A stretch of DNA of 64,000 nucleotides, from assembly GCA_963677495.2 (NCBI GenBank), contig CAXXOU010000004.1, positions 1,248,001-1,312,000 of the forward strand, given 5' to 3'. This stretch comes from Candidatus Cloacimonadales bacterium. Its GTDB lineage: Bacteria; Cloacimonadota; Cloacimonadia; Cloacimonadales; JAFGVF01. A model generated the notes under the pieces. The model saw only the letters and a list, made by a program, of their open reading frames with translations. It did no database searches and was not told the origin of the DNA. A program made the translations under genes and the position numbers. Shown piece by piece: positions 1 to 11,124 of the stretch; the first letter of the stretch is position 1, and every line of letters begins with the position of its first letter.

Positions 1-238
1 TAAACACTCGATAGAATTAATGTGATTATTTCTTATCTACTAAGGTGCATTAATGAGTATAAATGTTGATTCAAGTATAGATATAAATCGGTGAAGACTG
101 AACGATATAAACCGGGTAGAGTAACCAATCCATTCAAGAGTATTAACAATATAAAAGAAGTTGTAAAAATATCTGAGTTTTTATTTGACATAGAGAAAGT
201 GTGTTGTTTTATGAAAAAAAGCCTATAAAGGGATTTAT

Positions 239-1087
239 ATGACTAAGAAAGCTAAGAAAATTAAACATAAAAAACCACCAGTCCAAGATTGGGTTGAAGC
301 AATACTATTCGCATTTGTAGTTGCTATGATTATAAGAAATTATACTTTCCAGAACTTTAAAATCCCTTCCGAATCAATGGTTAAAACTCTATTAGTTGGT
401 GACTATCTTGTAGCAAACAAGGTTAAATATTTTCTAACTGATCCTGAGCGTGGAGATATTGTGACATTCCGATATCCAGTTGACCCACCTAATCCAGCAC
501 ATTTAAAAGATCCTTCAAATCCCATTTCTAAATATTCTAAAGACCTGAAACCTTTATACCCACCTTTATATCTTAACAAAGGTGCTTTCATAGATTTACC
601 TGCATGGACTTTGTTTGGGATCACTTACTATGCTCCAAGAAATGTTGTTAAACGTGTGATTGGTATGCCGGGTGATGAAATTGAAATGCGTGATAAAGTC
701 GTTTATATTAATGGTGAAGCATATTCCCCGGAAACAGAAAGTTACTATATCCCAGAATATATTCGACAGCAGTACAATATGCATATTCGAGAGAATGAAT
801 GGGTAGATAATTCAATGTTTGAAATGAATCTAGATTATTTTGAGAAAATAACTATCCCTGATAACAAATACTTCGTAATGGGTGATAATAGAGACTATAG
901 TGCTGATAGCAGATATTGGGGGTTTCTTGATAGAAAGGATATTACCGGTACACCTGCATTTATTTTCTTCTCATCAGGAGAAAAATTATCTGCTGTTGAA
1001 TACAGGAATAAACATCCACGCAGTAACCAAAACTTACCAACAAAAAATGTTACTAGATGGAACAGGATATTCAAACTGATAAAGTAA
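239..1087 (+). CDS. lepB: Signal peptidase I
   Basis: N-terminal TM helix, catalytic Ser motif IPSESM, Lys motif VKRVIGMPGD, box E GDNRDYSADSRYWG. Confidence 0.95.
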   Translation: MTKKAKKIKHKKPPVQDWVEAILFAFVVAMIIRNYTFQNFKIPSESMVKTLLVGDYLVANKVKYFLTDPERGDIVTFRYPVDPPNPAHLKDPSNPISKYSKDLKPLYPPLYLNKGAFIDLPAWTLFGITYYAPRNVVKRVIGMPGDEIEMRDKVVYINGEAYSPETESYYIPEYIRQQYNMHIRENEWVDNSMFEMNLDYFEKITIPDNKYFVMGDNRDYSADSRYWGFLDRKDITGTPAFIFFSSGEKLSAVEYRNKHPRSNQNLPTKNVTRWNRIFKLIK

Positions 1088-2187
1088 TCAGACATATATA
1101 TATACATATCCCATTTTGTCTGAATAAGTGCGATTATTGCTCATTTTACTCAATACCATTTGATCAGTTTCTGTTAGATGAGTATTCAGGGAACTTATTA
1201 AGAGAACTTGAATATTTTAATTCAGAATACACTGTTATTCCAGAAACAATATATTTTGGTGGTGGTACACCCTCCTTGTTACAACCAAAACTAATACAAA
1301 TGATGATTGATGTCTTTCAAAAATCAACGCACCAGGAGATAACTTTAGAAGTAAACCCATCTTCACTAACCGATTCTTATTTAAGAAAACTTCAAACTAC
1401 TGATGTAAACAGGATTAGTATGGGAGCACAAAGTTTTGACGATGAAATGTTACTTTTGTTGGGACGAAATCACACTTCAAAAGAGATTGAAAAATGCTTT
1501 TCAATGCTTAGACAACACGGATTTGATAATATTTCATTGGACTTAATTTATGGAACACCCGGCCAAACTATTGAAGATGTGACTAAAGATTTAGAGAAAC
1601 TTGTAGAAATATCACCAGAACACATTTCAACATATTGTTTAAGTTTAGGTGAAGATGTACCATTAGCCACACGGAAAGAAGAAGTTGCACATGATAAAGT
1701 GATTAACCAAATGTATTATCAGATATCTAGATATTTGAGAAAACATGGATACCGTCATTATGAAATATCTAATTTTTCAAAAAGTAACAAAGAGTCAAAA
1801 CACAATCTTGCATATTGGCAACTAAAGGATTATATTGGTGCAGGGGCTTCTGCTTGTGGTTTAATTAGAAATATACATTATTGCAATCCTGCTAACATGC
1901 AAGAATACTATCGTAATGTTGTAAGAGAGAAAAAATTTCCCAATAGAGAGATTATGGATAGTACATTACTTCAATCAGAATATATAATTATGAACCTAAG
2001 AACAGCAAAAGGTTTTAAAATTAGTGATTTTGCAAGTAGGTTTGGACATGATTTTGAATTACACTATAAGGATCAGCTGTTAAAAATTGGGAAATATCTT
2101 AGTATTAAAAAAGGTAGAGTTAATCTAAAAAGGAGCTATTGGTTCGTTTCAAATAGTATTTTGGAAGAATTTGTTGAGGTAGAATGA
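1057..2187 (+). CDS. hemW: Radical SAM heme chaperone HemW (HemN-like)
   Basis: YIHIPFC-CxxxCxxC (CLNKCDYC), GGGTPS, YEISNF and HNLAYW signatures. Confidence 0.9.
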   Translation: MEQDIQTDKVIRHIYIHIPFCLNKCDYCSFYSIPFDQFLLDEYSGNLLRELEYFNSEYTVIPETIYFGGGTPSLLQPKLIQMMIDVFQKSTHQEITLEVNPSSLTDSYLRKLQTTDVNRISMGAQSFDDEMLLLLGRNHTSKEIEKCFSMLRQHGFDNISLDLIYGTPGQTIEDVTKDLEKLVEISPEHISTYCLSLGEDVPLATRKEEVAHDKVINQMYYQISRYLRKHGYRHYEISNFSKSNKESKHNLAYWQLKDYIGAGASACGLIRNIHYCNPANMQEYYRNVVREKKFPNREIMDSTLLQSEYIIMNLRTAKGFKISDFASRFGHDFELHYKDQLLKIGKYLSIKKGRVNLKRSYWFVSNSILEEFVEVE

Positions 2188-3434
2188 AAAGAATAATATT
2201 AATATTATTATCACTGCATATTGTCAGTGTTTTATTAGGTGATATCCTTATACCAATGGACGATGCTCAGACAAATCATTTGAAAGCTTATGGAGTAGCA
2301 TTCCATAGTTTAAGTGAAGGAACTGAAGTACAATGGTTGTTAAACTATAGAGGTGGATCTTTTTTGATTGAAGATCAATCATTCATCATTGCCAGATGCA
2401 AAGTCGCTGGTGTACTTTATGAAGTGATAAGTTCTTCTGATGTATCTGTGATTTTGCAAACGATACAAGAAAACAACATGGAAACTGTTAAGCTTGAAAA
2501 AGAACCTGCAATTGCTGTATATGCACCACCTAATCATCAACCATGGGATGATGCTGTGACTATGGCACTTACTTATGCTGATATCAAATTTGATACTGTG
2601 TGGGATGAGGAGGTTCTATCAGGACAATTAGGTGATTATGACTGGTTACATCTTCATCATGAAGACTTTACCGGTCAGTTTGGAAAATTCTATAGTTCGT
2701 ATCGAAACGCTGATTGGTATAAAACTACAGTATCTGTAAGTGAGAACTTAGCAAAAAAACATGGATTTTCAAAAGTTTGGATGCTCAAACATGCTGTAGC
2801 AGCGAAAATTAAAGAGTTCGTAATAAATGGTGGATTCCTGTTTGCAATGTGTGCTGCAGTTGACACAATTGATATTGCCCTTTCAGCAATGAATGTTGAT
2901 ATTGTCCCTGCTGAGATTGATGGTGATTGGTATGATAAAAACTACAAACAGAAACTTGATTTTGATAACACATTCGCATTTGAGAACTTTAATCTCATTA
3001 TGAACCCTATGGAATATGAATTCTCTGACATCGATGCAAGCAACTACGCTAAATTACGTGGTGCAGAAGCTGACTATTTCCAACTATTTGATTTTTCTGC
3101 TAAATATGACCCTGTTCCAACAATGCTCACGCAGTGCCATGTAAACATTATTGATGGTTTTCTGGGGCAAACAACATCCTTTCATAAGAATAGAGTTAAA
3201 GAGAATATTGTGTTACTAGCTGAAGTTCCTCAAAGTGAAGAAGTGAAATACTTACATGGAAATCTCGGTAAAGGTACTTTCACATTCTATGGTGGTCATG
3301 ATCCTGAAGATTATCAGCATCGCATTGGTGATCCAGAAACTTTACTTGACTTGCATAAAAGTTCTGGGGGATATAGGTTAATACTAAACAATGTTCTCTT
3401 CCCTGCTGCTGAGAAGAAAAAGCTTAAAACTTGA
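2184..3434 (+). CDS. Conserved exported protein with a class I glutamine-amidotransferase-like fold (family often mislabelled 'asparagine synthetase B')
   Basis: Signal peptide; motifs QTNHLKAYG, WLLNYRGGSF, PWDDAVT, HLHHEDFTGQ, FAMCAA, GGHDPEDY recalled from the FCB-group family. Confidence 0.7.
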   Translation: MKRIILILLSLHIVSVLLGDILIPMDDAQTNHLKAYGVAFHSLSEGTEVQWLLNYRGGSFLIEDQSFIIARCKVAGVLYEVISSSDVSVILQTIQENNMETVKLEKEPAIAVYAPPNHQPWDDAVTMALTYADIKFDTVWDEEVLSGQLGDYDWLHLHHEDFTGQFGKFYSSYRNADWYKTTVSVSENLAKKHGFSKVWMLKHAVAAKIKEFVINGGFLFAMCAAVDTIDIALSAMNVDIVPAEIDGDWYDKNYKQKLDFDNTFAFENFNLIMNPMEYEFSDIDASNYAKLRGAEADYFQLFDFSAKYDPVPTMLTQCHVNIIDGFLGQTTSFHKNRVKENIVLLAEVPQSEEVKYLHGNLGKGTFTFYGGHDPEDYQHRIGDPETLLDLHKSSGGYRLILNNVLFPAAEKKKLKT

Positions 3435-3441
3435 GGGGTAT

Positions 3442-4344
3442 ATGTCAGATTTTTATAAGGATAAGAAGAAAACCGAAGCCAAAGTAGGAATAACTTTACT
3501 TTTTGCAATTATTGCAATCATTGTTGGATACGCTTGGTTAACTAACAGTCTGAAAAAAGGTAGTATGAATGAACTTACTATCTCTTTCTCCAATGCTGCA
3601 AGATTGGAGAAAGGTGACGGAGTCCTGATGCGTGGTGTTTATTGCGGTGTTGTAGATGATGTTGCACTTGAGGAGAACGGGGTTATTGTGAAAGTTCTAC
3701 TTGAGAACCAATTTAATGTACCAGTTGACAGTAAGTATTTAATCAAAGATAAAAGTATGATGGGTGGACATCTTTTAGAGATAGTACCAGGTACTTCAAA
3801 TGCAACAATAGATTTCTCTGAGACACAAGTAGGTGACGTTGAACCAGGACTCTTCAGTGCAGTTAAGCAAGCTACAAACTTAATGGAGAATCTTGAACAT
3901 TTTTTATGGAGATTATCTAAGGAAGATGGATTGATTGCAAGCATTGAAGATACATCGAATCAACTTAACTCAATCACAAAGGAGACTAATGAATTAATTA
4001 AAACGAATAAAGATGCAGTAAATATAGCTATGGAAAACTTAACTGTTAGTATTGCAAAATTAGATTATCTGCTTTCGAAGAATGTAGAGAATATTGATAA
4101 TACGTTAACAAATATTCCATTATTAATCAACGATTCAAGAGAAGCACTCTCGGAGTTAAAAACATCAGTTAATTCACTTCAAGAGATTAGTGAAAAACTA
4201 AACAGTGAAGAGGGAACTGCCGGAAAACTGATTAATGATAAAGAGCTTTACAATTCACTCACAAGAACAATTAGTAACGCAGATTCACTTTTGCATGAAA
4301 TAAAGAAACATCCTCGTAAATATTTAAAAATAAGTGTGTTCTAA
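3442..4344 (+). CDS. MlaD/MCE family protein
   Basis: N-terminal TM helix, MCE domain (GDGVLMRGVYCGVVDDV), coiled-coil tail ending GTAGKLINDKELY...IKKHPRKY; ATG at 3442 follows GAGGGG. Confidence 0.85.
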   Translation: MSDFYKDKKKTEAKVGITLLFAIIAIIVGYAWLTNSLKKGSMNELTISFSNAARLEKGDGVLMRGVYCGVVDDVALEENGVIVKVLLENQFNVPVDSKYLIKDKSMMGGHLLEIVPGTSNATIDFSETQVGDVEPGLFSAVKQATNLMENLEHFLWRLSKEDGLIASIEDTSNQLNSITKETNELIKTNKDAVNIAMENLTVSIAKLDYLLSKNVENIDNTLTNIPLLINDSREALSELKTSVNSLQEISEKLNSEEGTAGKLINDKELYNSLTRTISNADSLLHEIKKHPRKYLKISVF

Positions 4345-7300
4345 ATGAAAAAAGTACTATTAACAGCCATCTTAGCTTTTCTGATTCTATCGATTTTCGC
4401 ATCTTTTGGACAAAACAAAGTACAACTTGAGAAAGAACAATGGGCCAAACTGGAATCAATGCATTTCGATATCTATTATCCCAAAGGTGAAGATGAGTTC
4501 GGGCAACTTGCACTATTAACAGCAGAAGAAGCGTATTATTATCTAAAAAAGGACTTTGTTAGACCTATAATTGGAAGAATCCCAATTATCGTTTATAAGT
4601 CTCATGCTGCATTTCAAACAACAAATGTTATTAATGCGTTACTCAGTCAAGGAGTAGCTGGATTTACAGAGAGTCGTAGGAATCGAGTTGTATTACCATT
4701 TGATGGGAACTACAAGAAGTTTGAAGAAGTTCTGACCCACGAGCTGGTTCATGCTTATGTGAACAACTTCCAACAGAGATACGCTTCAGCAAGATTTTTC
4801 TCCAATAACACCGGGTATATTCCTTTCTGGTTCTCAGAAGGATTACCGGAATTTGAAGCTGTTGGTGGGCGCAGTAGTTACAATAACATGTTTATTATAG
4901 ATATGATTATGAATGATTACATCTATCCTTTAGATAATCTGACAGGTTACTACGCCTATCGTGAAGGTGAATCATTTGTAACATATATCTCTGAACAATA
5001 TGGTAGAGAAAAGGTCATGGAGTATTTCCATGCTATTAGATCACTAAGTAATGTTGAGAAAGCAACGAAACAGCTCTTTGGTATGAAGTTTAAGCAACTT
5101 CAAAATAGATGGAGAACCTATCTAAAGAAGAAGTACTATTCTAAGATAAAAGACATTGATATTCCTTACGATGTTTTTGAACAACTCACTCATCACACAG
5201 AAGATAATACTTATTTCAACTTCTACCCTACAATTTCACCTGATGGGAATCGCTACCTGTTTATGAATAACAAAGGATATCGCAATAGTATCTGGTTAGG
5301 GGATATCGATGGTAACAAGAAACCTAAGCTGATAGTAAAAGGTGAAACCAGTAATAAGATTGAACAGTTTCATGTTCAACGTAATAATGTTGCCTGGTTC
5401 CCAGATAACGATAGATTCGCATTCGCTGCAACCAGTAACAAAGGTGATGTAATCCACATTGGAAGCGTTAGAAAAAAAGGCGTAATTGAGACTTATGAAT
5501 TCCCACAATTTGACGCTATCTTTGAAATATCAGTTTCACCCAATGGTGAATCTATCGCATTCTGTGGTCAAAAAGCAATGGATACAGATATTTTCATGTA
5601 TCATATAATTACAAAAGAACTTGAGCATATTACAAATGATAAATTCACAGATTCTCAACCTATGTTTTCACACGATGGTAACTTGATTGCATTTACATCC
5701 TTTAGATATTGTAATGCTGATAGCACAAGACAAGGTATCTTTTCTGCTTTATCTGAAGATGTTTTCATCTACAACATCTCTGAAGATAAGTTCTACCGTG
5801 TAACTAACGATAATTTTAATAATTCTAAACCTGTTTGGTCGAGTGATGATACTAGATTGTTAGTGCTCTCCAACCGAAAGGGATTATCGAATTACGATGT
5901 AATACAACTTGAGAATGGAGCTAGGGCAAGCTTGACTAACTCCTTTAGTGGTGTTTTTTCTGCTGACCTATCCGCTGATGACTCAACCATGCTACTGTCA
6001 GTTTTCTATAACAATGGCTGGGATATTTATAAAGAATACATGCCACTAAATGAATTGACTTTTATTGATTCTATAAGTATCTCACATGTAGACTTTAAAA
6101 ACGATTTTGGTTCATGCTTTGACCTAGACAGATATAAGCTCTTTGGAAAAGTAGATCGTAAATTGAAAGACGAGTTCATGAAAGCTAATCATCCAAGAAG
6201 CACAATTCTATCTATTAAAAATGTTGCTGTTTCCGACAGCTTAGTTCAATCTTATAATGATCAACTTGATGCTAAACCTGATTCTATATCAGTCTTACCG
6301 GTTAAAAAGCCATACAAGCCAAAATTCTTAATGGATTACCTTTATGGTGGAGGTGCTTACTCCTCTTCTGATGGTGCAATAGCTTTTATTGAAACAAACT
6401 TAACTGATTTAATGGGGAATCATACTATTGGTGCCATGTTAGGTGTTGCAGGAGATTTGGAAGATTCCAGTATTCAGCTAAGTTACATATACAGACCTAA
6501 CAGACTGGATATTGGCACAAGTATATATTATCTTTCCGACGAAACAGTATACTATGATGTACAAGTGCAAGATAAATATTATAGAGAGCGAGAAAGATTA
6601 GCCGGGGCAAATATTTTCTTCCGCTATCCATTTAGTAGATTCTGGAGAGTAGATGCAGGATTTGGCTTCCAACGCTATGAGACTTTATGGGATGAAGGTT
6701 TTGATAATGGTGTTGAGATTGAGTGGGGAAACAGAATCAAGAACTGGGAAGATGATGATTATCTATTTATACCAAGTTTTGAGATTGTGCATGATAATAC
6801 TCTTTATGGTTCAACAGGACCAATGACCGGGTCTCGTTCATATTACCACATAAGAAAGAGCTTTGCAGTGGAAGATAGAAACTATCTTACTCAAGTAATT
6901 GATACACGTCATTACTTCATGTTTGCCAAGAAATTCAACATTTCGGCTCGTGCATTTGCGGGTTGGAGTACAGGCGATAATCCTCAATCCTTCAGCTTGG
7001 ATACATGGTCTGGTTTCAGTATTGGTAACAGTTATGGAATCAGAGGTTTCACTAATGATGACTTAGAGGGTACTAAAAAAGCACTGGGAACATTAGAATT
7101 GCGAGTTCCTTTTATCGAGTATCTTAAGCTAGGGTTTCCTGCTCCACTGGCACTTGGAAATATTAGAGGAAGTATTTACACTGATATAGGTTCAGTATGG
7201 GATGATACAGAGTCATGGCGGGGAATGGAAAATGGTCGTTTCAAAGACATAATTATGGGTTTTGGAATGGGACCAAGACTTAATATGGGCTATTTTGTCC

Positions 7301-7383
7301 TTAAACTTGATATTTCTTGGAATACTGACCTTTATAATACAGGTAAACCAACTTATTCAATCAGTATTTCAGATGACTTTTAA
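4345..7383 (+). CDS. Omp85/BamA-like barrel protein with an N-terminal zinc peptidase (MA-like) domain and TolB/PD40 propeller
   Basis: Signal peptide, HELVH..WFSEGLPE gluzincin motif, SPDG/SPNG PD40 repeats, IRGF and YTDIGSVW barrel motifs, C-terminal Phe. Confidence 0.8.
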   Translation: MKKVLLTAILAFLILSIFASFGQNKVQLEKEQWAKLESMHFDIYYPKGEDEFGQLALLTAEEAYYYLKKDFVRPIIGRIPIIVYKSHAAFQTTNVINALLSQGVAGFTESRRNRVVLPFDGNYKKFEEVLTHELVHAYVNNFQQRYASARFFSNNTGYIPFWFSEGLPEFEAVGGRSSYNNMFIIDMIMNDYIYPLDNLTGYYAYREGESFVTYISEQYGREKVMEYFHAIRSLSNVEKATKQLFGMKFKQLQNRWRTYLKKKYYSKIKDIDIPYDVFEQLTHHTEDNTYFNFYPTISPDGNRYLFMNNKGYRNSIWLGDIDGNKKPKLIVKGETSNKIEQFHVQRNNVAWFPDNDRFAFAATSNKGDVIHIGSVRKKGVIETYEFPQFDAIFEISVSPNGESIAFCGQKAMDTDIFMYHIITKELEHITNDKFTDSQPMFSHDGNLIAFTSFRYCNADSTRQGIFSALSEDVFIYNISEDKFYRVTNDNFNNSKPVWSSDDTRLLVLSNRKGLSNYDVIQLENGARASLTNSFSGVFSADLSADDSTMLLSVFYNNGWDIYKEYMPLNELTFIDSISISHVDFKNDFGSCFDLDRYKLFGKVDRKLKDEFMKANHPRSTILSIKNVAVSDSLVQSYNDQLDAKPDSISVLPVKKPYKPKFLMDYLYGGGAYSSSDGAIAFIETNLTDLMGNHTIGAMLGVAGDLEDSSIQLSYIYRPNRLDIGTSIYYLSDETVYYDVQVQDKYYRERERLAGANIFFRYPFSRFWRVDAGFGFQRYETLWDEGFDNGVEIEWGNRIKNWEDDDYLFIPSFEIVHDNTLYGSTGPMTGSRSYYHIRKSFAVEDRNYLTQVIDTRHYFMFAKKFNISARAFAGWSTGDNPQSFSLDTWSGFSIGNSYGIRGFTNDDLEGTKKALGTLELRVPFIEYLKLGFPAPLALGNIRGSIYTDIGSVWDDTESWRGMENGRFKDIIMGFGMGPRLNMGYFVLKLDISWNTDLYNTGKPTYSISISDDF

Positions 7384-7395
7384 CGGAAACAAATT

Positions 7396-8199
7396 ATGAA
7401 AAAATCACCTAAAGAATATGCCTTAGAAAAGGCTATAAAGAAAGAGCTGTCCGGGAACGCTTTGAAAGCAGCCACATTGATTTTTAAAGATCCCGAGATA
7501 CATGCTGTACAAGAGCATGCAAATATCGTTTCAATTAAACGATTGGGCTATAATGATCATGGACCTGTTCATATGAGAATGGCTTCATTAAATGCAATTA
7601 GATTATGTAATCTTCTAATTGATGCAGATATTAAACTTACTTTACAAGAGGACTTAGAATTTAGTGCTGATGATAGTATGACAGCTGTTGTAATTGCTTC
7701 ACTTCTACATGATTTAGGAATGTCAATAGCTCGTGATTCGCACGAAATGTACAGTATAACCCTAGCTCTCCCCTACATTGATAAAGTCCTATGCAAAATC
7801 TATCCCGATAAGCTTGATAAGCGGATAGCACTTCGTTCAACAATTATTGAAGGAATTGCAGGTCACATGGCGACGAAGAAGATACACTCATTAGAAGCCG
7901 GACTTGTACTTATTGGAGATGGTTGCGACATGGAGAAAGGCAGAGCTAGAATACCTAGTTTAATCAGTAACTCACCAAAAGTAGGTGATATTCACAGATA
8001 TTCATCATCCTCTGTTGAACATGTAACAATCTCTAAAGGGGAAAATAAACCTATAAGAATTACAGTAGAAATGAGTGCATCAGTCGGATTCTTTCAAATA
8101 GAAGAAGTTTTATTCCCCAAAATCAGCTCAAGTCCTGTGAAGCCTTATATTGAACTTATTGCCGGTGTGATAGGTAAAGAACCAGCAAAGTATTTATAA
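7396..8199 (+). CDS. HD-domain metal-dependent phosphohydrolase
   Basis: YNDHGPVH, LLHDLG, IGDGCDM motifs. Confidence 0.85.
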   Translation: MKKSPKEYALEKAIKKELSGNALKAATLIFKDPEIHAVQEHANIVSIKRLGYNDHGPVHMRMASLNAIRLCNLLIDADIKLTLQEDLEFSADDSMTAVVIASLLHDLGMSIARDSHEMYSITLALPYIDKVLCKIYPDKLDKRIALRSTIIEGIAGHMATKKIHSLEAGLVLIGDGCDMEKGRARIPSLISNSPKVGDIHRYSSSSVEHVTISKGENKPIRITVEMSASVGFFQIEEVLFPKISSSPVKPYIELIAGVIGKEPAKYL

Positions 8200-8209
8200 A
8201 AAGGTAGTA

Positions 8210-9145
8210 ATGGAAACACATTTCAAGAATAGGATTGAACAAATCCAAAATCTATTATCACAAGAGAAAATCCAAGTTGTTATAGAAAAAGAGATAAAAT
8301 ATGGTTTCAAGATTCTACTCAAGTCATCTTCGAGTAACTCAACCTTTGATCTGCTCTATTCTGCAAGAAAAAAGGCCTTTTCTTTCACTTTTAAGAAAGG
8401 AAGTGAGAACTTTGCCGGCGTTATTGCAAAGTCCTTAGAATCTTTGGATATGAAAGTCACAACCCCTACTGTGTCTTCTCAACAGATCGAAAGCTTTGAA
8501 CATAAATACTCTAGTTGGACCGGTAGTGATGAATCCGGTAAAGGAGATTTCTTCGGACCTTTAGTTACGGCTGTCTTCCATTGTAGTAAAGATATTGCAA
8601 AAGTTTTAAATGCAATTGGAGTTACTGATAGTAAGGCTCTTAATGACAGAAAGATCGTCGAGTTAGCTAAGCAGTTATATAAGGCATATCCTGAGAGAAT
8701 CAATTGTATTGTTCTAAGACCTGAAAGATACAACACTTTATATGCTGATATGGTAAAACAAGGCAAGAAGTTAAATGAGATGTTAGATTGGCTTCACACA
8801 AAAACAATTGAACCGATGCTTTCTGATAAATCAATTGAAGGGATGATTATTGACCAGTACTCAAAATCAGGTCAACTTAGAAATAAGCTCTCGAAGCTAT
8901 TTAAAAATGATATAATTATAAGACCAAAAGCAGAGACTGATCCTGCTGTTGCTGCGGCCTCCATAATCGCTAGATACCAGTTCATTAATGCAATTGAAAT
9001 GATGGGACGAACATATAAAATGAAATTCCCTAAAGGTGCTTCATCTCCGGTCATCAGCGCAGCAAAAATATTTGTCAGAGATTATGATAAAGATTCGCTT
9101 TCAAAAGTCGCAAAAATACATTTCAAAACGATGGAAAAACTTTAA
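8210..9145 (+). CDS. rnhC: Ribonuclease HIII
   Basis: GSDESGKGDFFGPL, DSK, IIDQY, VAAASIIAR, PKGAS, AKIHFKT, plus N-terminal extension. Confidence 0.92.
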   Translation: METHFKNRIEQIQNLLSQEKIQVVIEKEIKYGFKILLKSSSSNSTFDLLYSARKKAFSFTFKKGSENFAGVIAKSLESLDMKVTTPTVSSQQIESFEHKYSSWTGSDESGKGDFFGPLVTAVFHCSKDIAKVLNAIGVTDSKALNDRKIVELAKQLYKAYPERINCIVLRPERYNTLYADMVKQGKKLNEMLDWLHTKTIEPMLSDKSIEGMIIDQYSKSGQLRNKLSKLFKNDIIIRPKAETDPAVAAASIIARYQFINAIEMMGRTYKMKFPKGASSPVISAAKIFVRDYDKDSLSKVAKIHFKTMEKL

Positions 9146-10092
9146 TGAAAACATTAGTCCTAAACAAAATGCCGGATTCTTTCTGGCAATTGATAAAAGA
9201 TAACCAATTAGAAGATTATTTTACAGACGATAATATCCTCTTCTCAGAGGAAATTGAGATATTCATTATCAGGACCGATATTTTCATCAATGAATCCTTT
9301 TTTAAAAGATTCCCAAATTTAAAACTCATTATTAGAGCCGGCTCAGGTGTTGACAACGTTGATTTTAATGCTGCTAAAGAATACAACGTAACTGTTTGTA
9401 ACACACCTTTTGCTAATGTTCAGTCAGCCTATGAACATACAGTAAGTCTGATAATGAATTTGATTAAGCGACATGATGATGCTAAGCAAGCTGTGCTTAC
9501 GAAAGAATGGAAGAAAACTTTGAAACCAAGTTTAGAGATCTCAGACCTTAATGTAATGGTCATGGGTCTTGGACGCATTGGTTCGAAAGTGGCATCTTTT
9601 CTCAAATCACATGGTGCTGTAGTTAAAGCTGTCGATCCATATGTAGATGATAGTGTTTTTGAAAATTTGGACATAGAAAGTATAAGCTATACTCAAGGTC
9701 TTAAGTGGTGCAACTTAATCACATTCCATTGTCCTTTAACCCATAACACGCATCATTACTTTTCAGAACCTGTTATGCATCTCTTACACAACCCAATATA
9801 CTTAGTGAATGTTGCAAGAGGAAGTATTGTTTGTGAGAAAGCTTTGGAAATTGGCTTAAAAAAGGGGTTAATTCTTGGTGCCGGGATCGATGTTTTCGAA
9901 GAGGAACCATGGGAAGTATTAGATTTTGCAAACGAGCCCAATGTTATACTCTCTCCACATACAGGAGCATTTACCGAAAAAGCTAAACAACGCTTATCTG
10001 GAGAAACCATTTCTGTTTGGAAAGATTTTGTTTTTAACAATATTGTTACATCCGAAGTTGTTATGTGGGATTTAATTATTCCTAAGAGATAA
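9145..10092 (+). CDS. D-isomer-specific 2-hydroxyacid dehydrogenase (SerA-like)
   Basis: RAGSGVDNVD, GLGRIG NAD motif, HCPLT, NVARG, DVFEEEP, SPHTG. Confidence 0.9.
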   Translation: MKTLVLNKMPDSFWQLIKDNQLEDYFTDDNILFSEEIEIFIIRTDIFINESFFKRFPNLKLIIRAGSGVDNVDFNAAKEYNVTVCNTPFANVQSAYEHTVSLIMNLIKRHDDAKQAVLTKEWKKTLKPSLEISDLNVMVMGLGRIGSKVASFLKSHGAVVKAVDPYVDDSVFENLDIESISYTQGLKWCNLITFHCPLTHNTHHYFSEPVMHLLHNPIYLVNVARGSIVCEKALEIGLKKGLILGAGIDVFEEEPWEVLDFANEPNVILSPHTGAFTEKAKQRLSGETISVWKDFVFNNIVTSEVVMWDLIIPKR

Positions 10093-10234
10093 AATCCTTG
10101 ACACTTCTGCATTCATTAATATTATCTAGTCATCATATGAGATAAAACTAAATCCAAATAGACTTATTTTGAAATTACCATTGTAATTTGTAAAAATACC
10201 TAAAAATATGGAATACTAATATACTGGAGATACC

Positions 10235-11068
10235 ATGCTAAGAGAAGTAGGAAGACTTACTATCGAAGATAACAAAGAGATTCATTTAAGAGTAGAAAAG
10301 ATATTCAAGCAAATAGATAAAGGTAGAGCAGACCTTGCAGAAAAGCGCATTCATGAGCTAGCAAATACTGCTAATTATTTCATCCGTGAGACAACAGGTA
10401 AGGAATTAGCTGAATATAAAGGTGAAGAACCTCAAAAGCTTGATGAAATCTGTTATAAAATGCTAGAAGATGAGATGTATGGGATAAGAGCTACTGCCCT
10501 TTTCTACTTCTATAATAAGTACCAGAAAGATCCTGAGAAGATTTTAGAGATTATGGGACGAGTTTTCGAGACTATTCCTTGGGAATCAGAAAGTCTATGT
10601 TTCTATATGTGGAAATCACATACAAAAGTTATGAAAGAAGTTATGATGAAATGGCAGAAATCAGAAAACGATAAGATGCGATCTCTTTCAATTCATGGTT
10701 TAGAAAATATTGCAACAAAAGATCCTAAGTATATTATGGAGTTCCTTAGTAATCTTCTTAATGATAAAAATACAGATGTTCAAAAGAAGGTTTCACATGT
10801 TCTTACTCAAACTTGTAGATTGCGATCTGCAACATGTTATCCTATCTTAAAAACATGGATTGAAGAGGGCGATGACACTGTTATAAAAACTGTATGGGTT
10901 ACCCTTAAGAAGCTTACTAACATTTTAGGGCAAAAAAGCAAAGCAAATAAATCACATGAATTTATCAGTTCTACTCAAAAGATTATTAAAGATTGGAGAC
11001 ATGACTCTAATCAATATGTTCAGGCAATGGGTAATAAACTCTATCATATTACAAAGAGCAAAAAATAA
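10235..11068 (+). CDS. HEAT/ARM-repeat protein (DNA alkylation repair-like)
   Basis: All-helical repeats ending in D/E-x-x-x-I/V-R/Q; GGAGA RBS. Confidence 0.6.
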   Translation: MLREVGRLTIEDNKEIHLRVEKIFKQIDKGRADLAEKRIHELANTANYFIRETTGKELAEYKGEEPQKLDEICYKMLEDEMYGIRATALFYFYNKYQKDPEKILEIMGRVFETIPWESESLCFYMWKSHTKVMKEVMMKWQKSENDKMRSLSIHGLENIATKDPKYIMEFLSNLLNDKNTDVQKKVSHVLTQTCRLRSATCYPILKTWIEEGDDTVIKTVWVTLKKLTNILGQKSKANKSHEFISSTQKIIKDWRHDSNQYVQAMGNKLYHITKSKK

Positions 11069-11088
11069 TATAAATATTTTTCAACAAT

Positions 11089-11124
11089 AAGAACTCGTCT
11101 AGCCAAGACGAGTTCTTTTGTTTT
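11089..11124 (+). terminator. Intrinsic terminator
   Basis: AAGAACTCGTCT-agcca-AGACGAGTTCTT hairpin followed by TTGTTTT. Confidence 0.85.
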
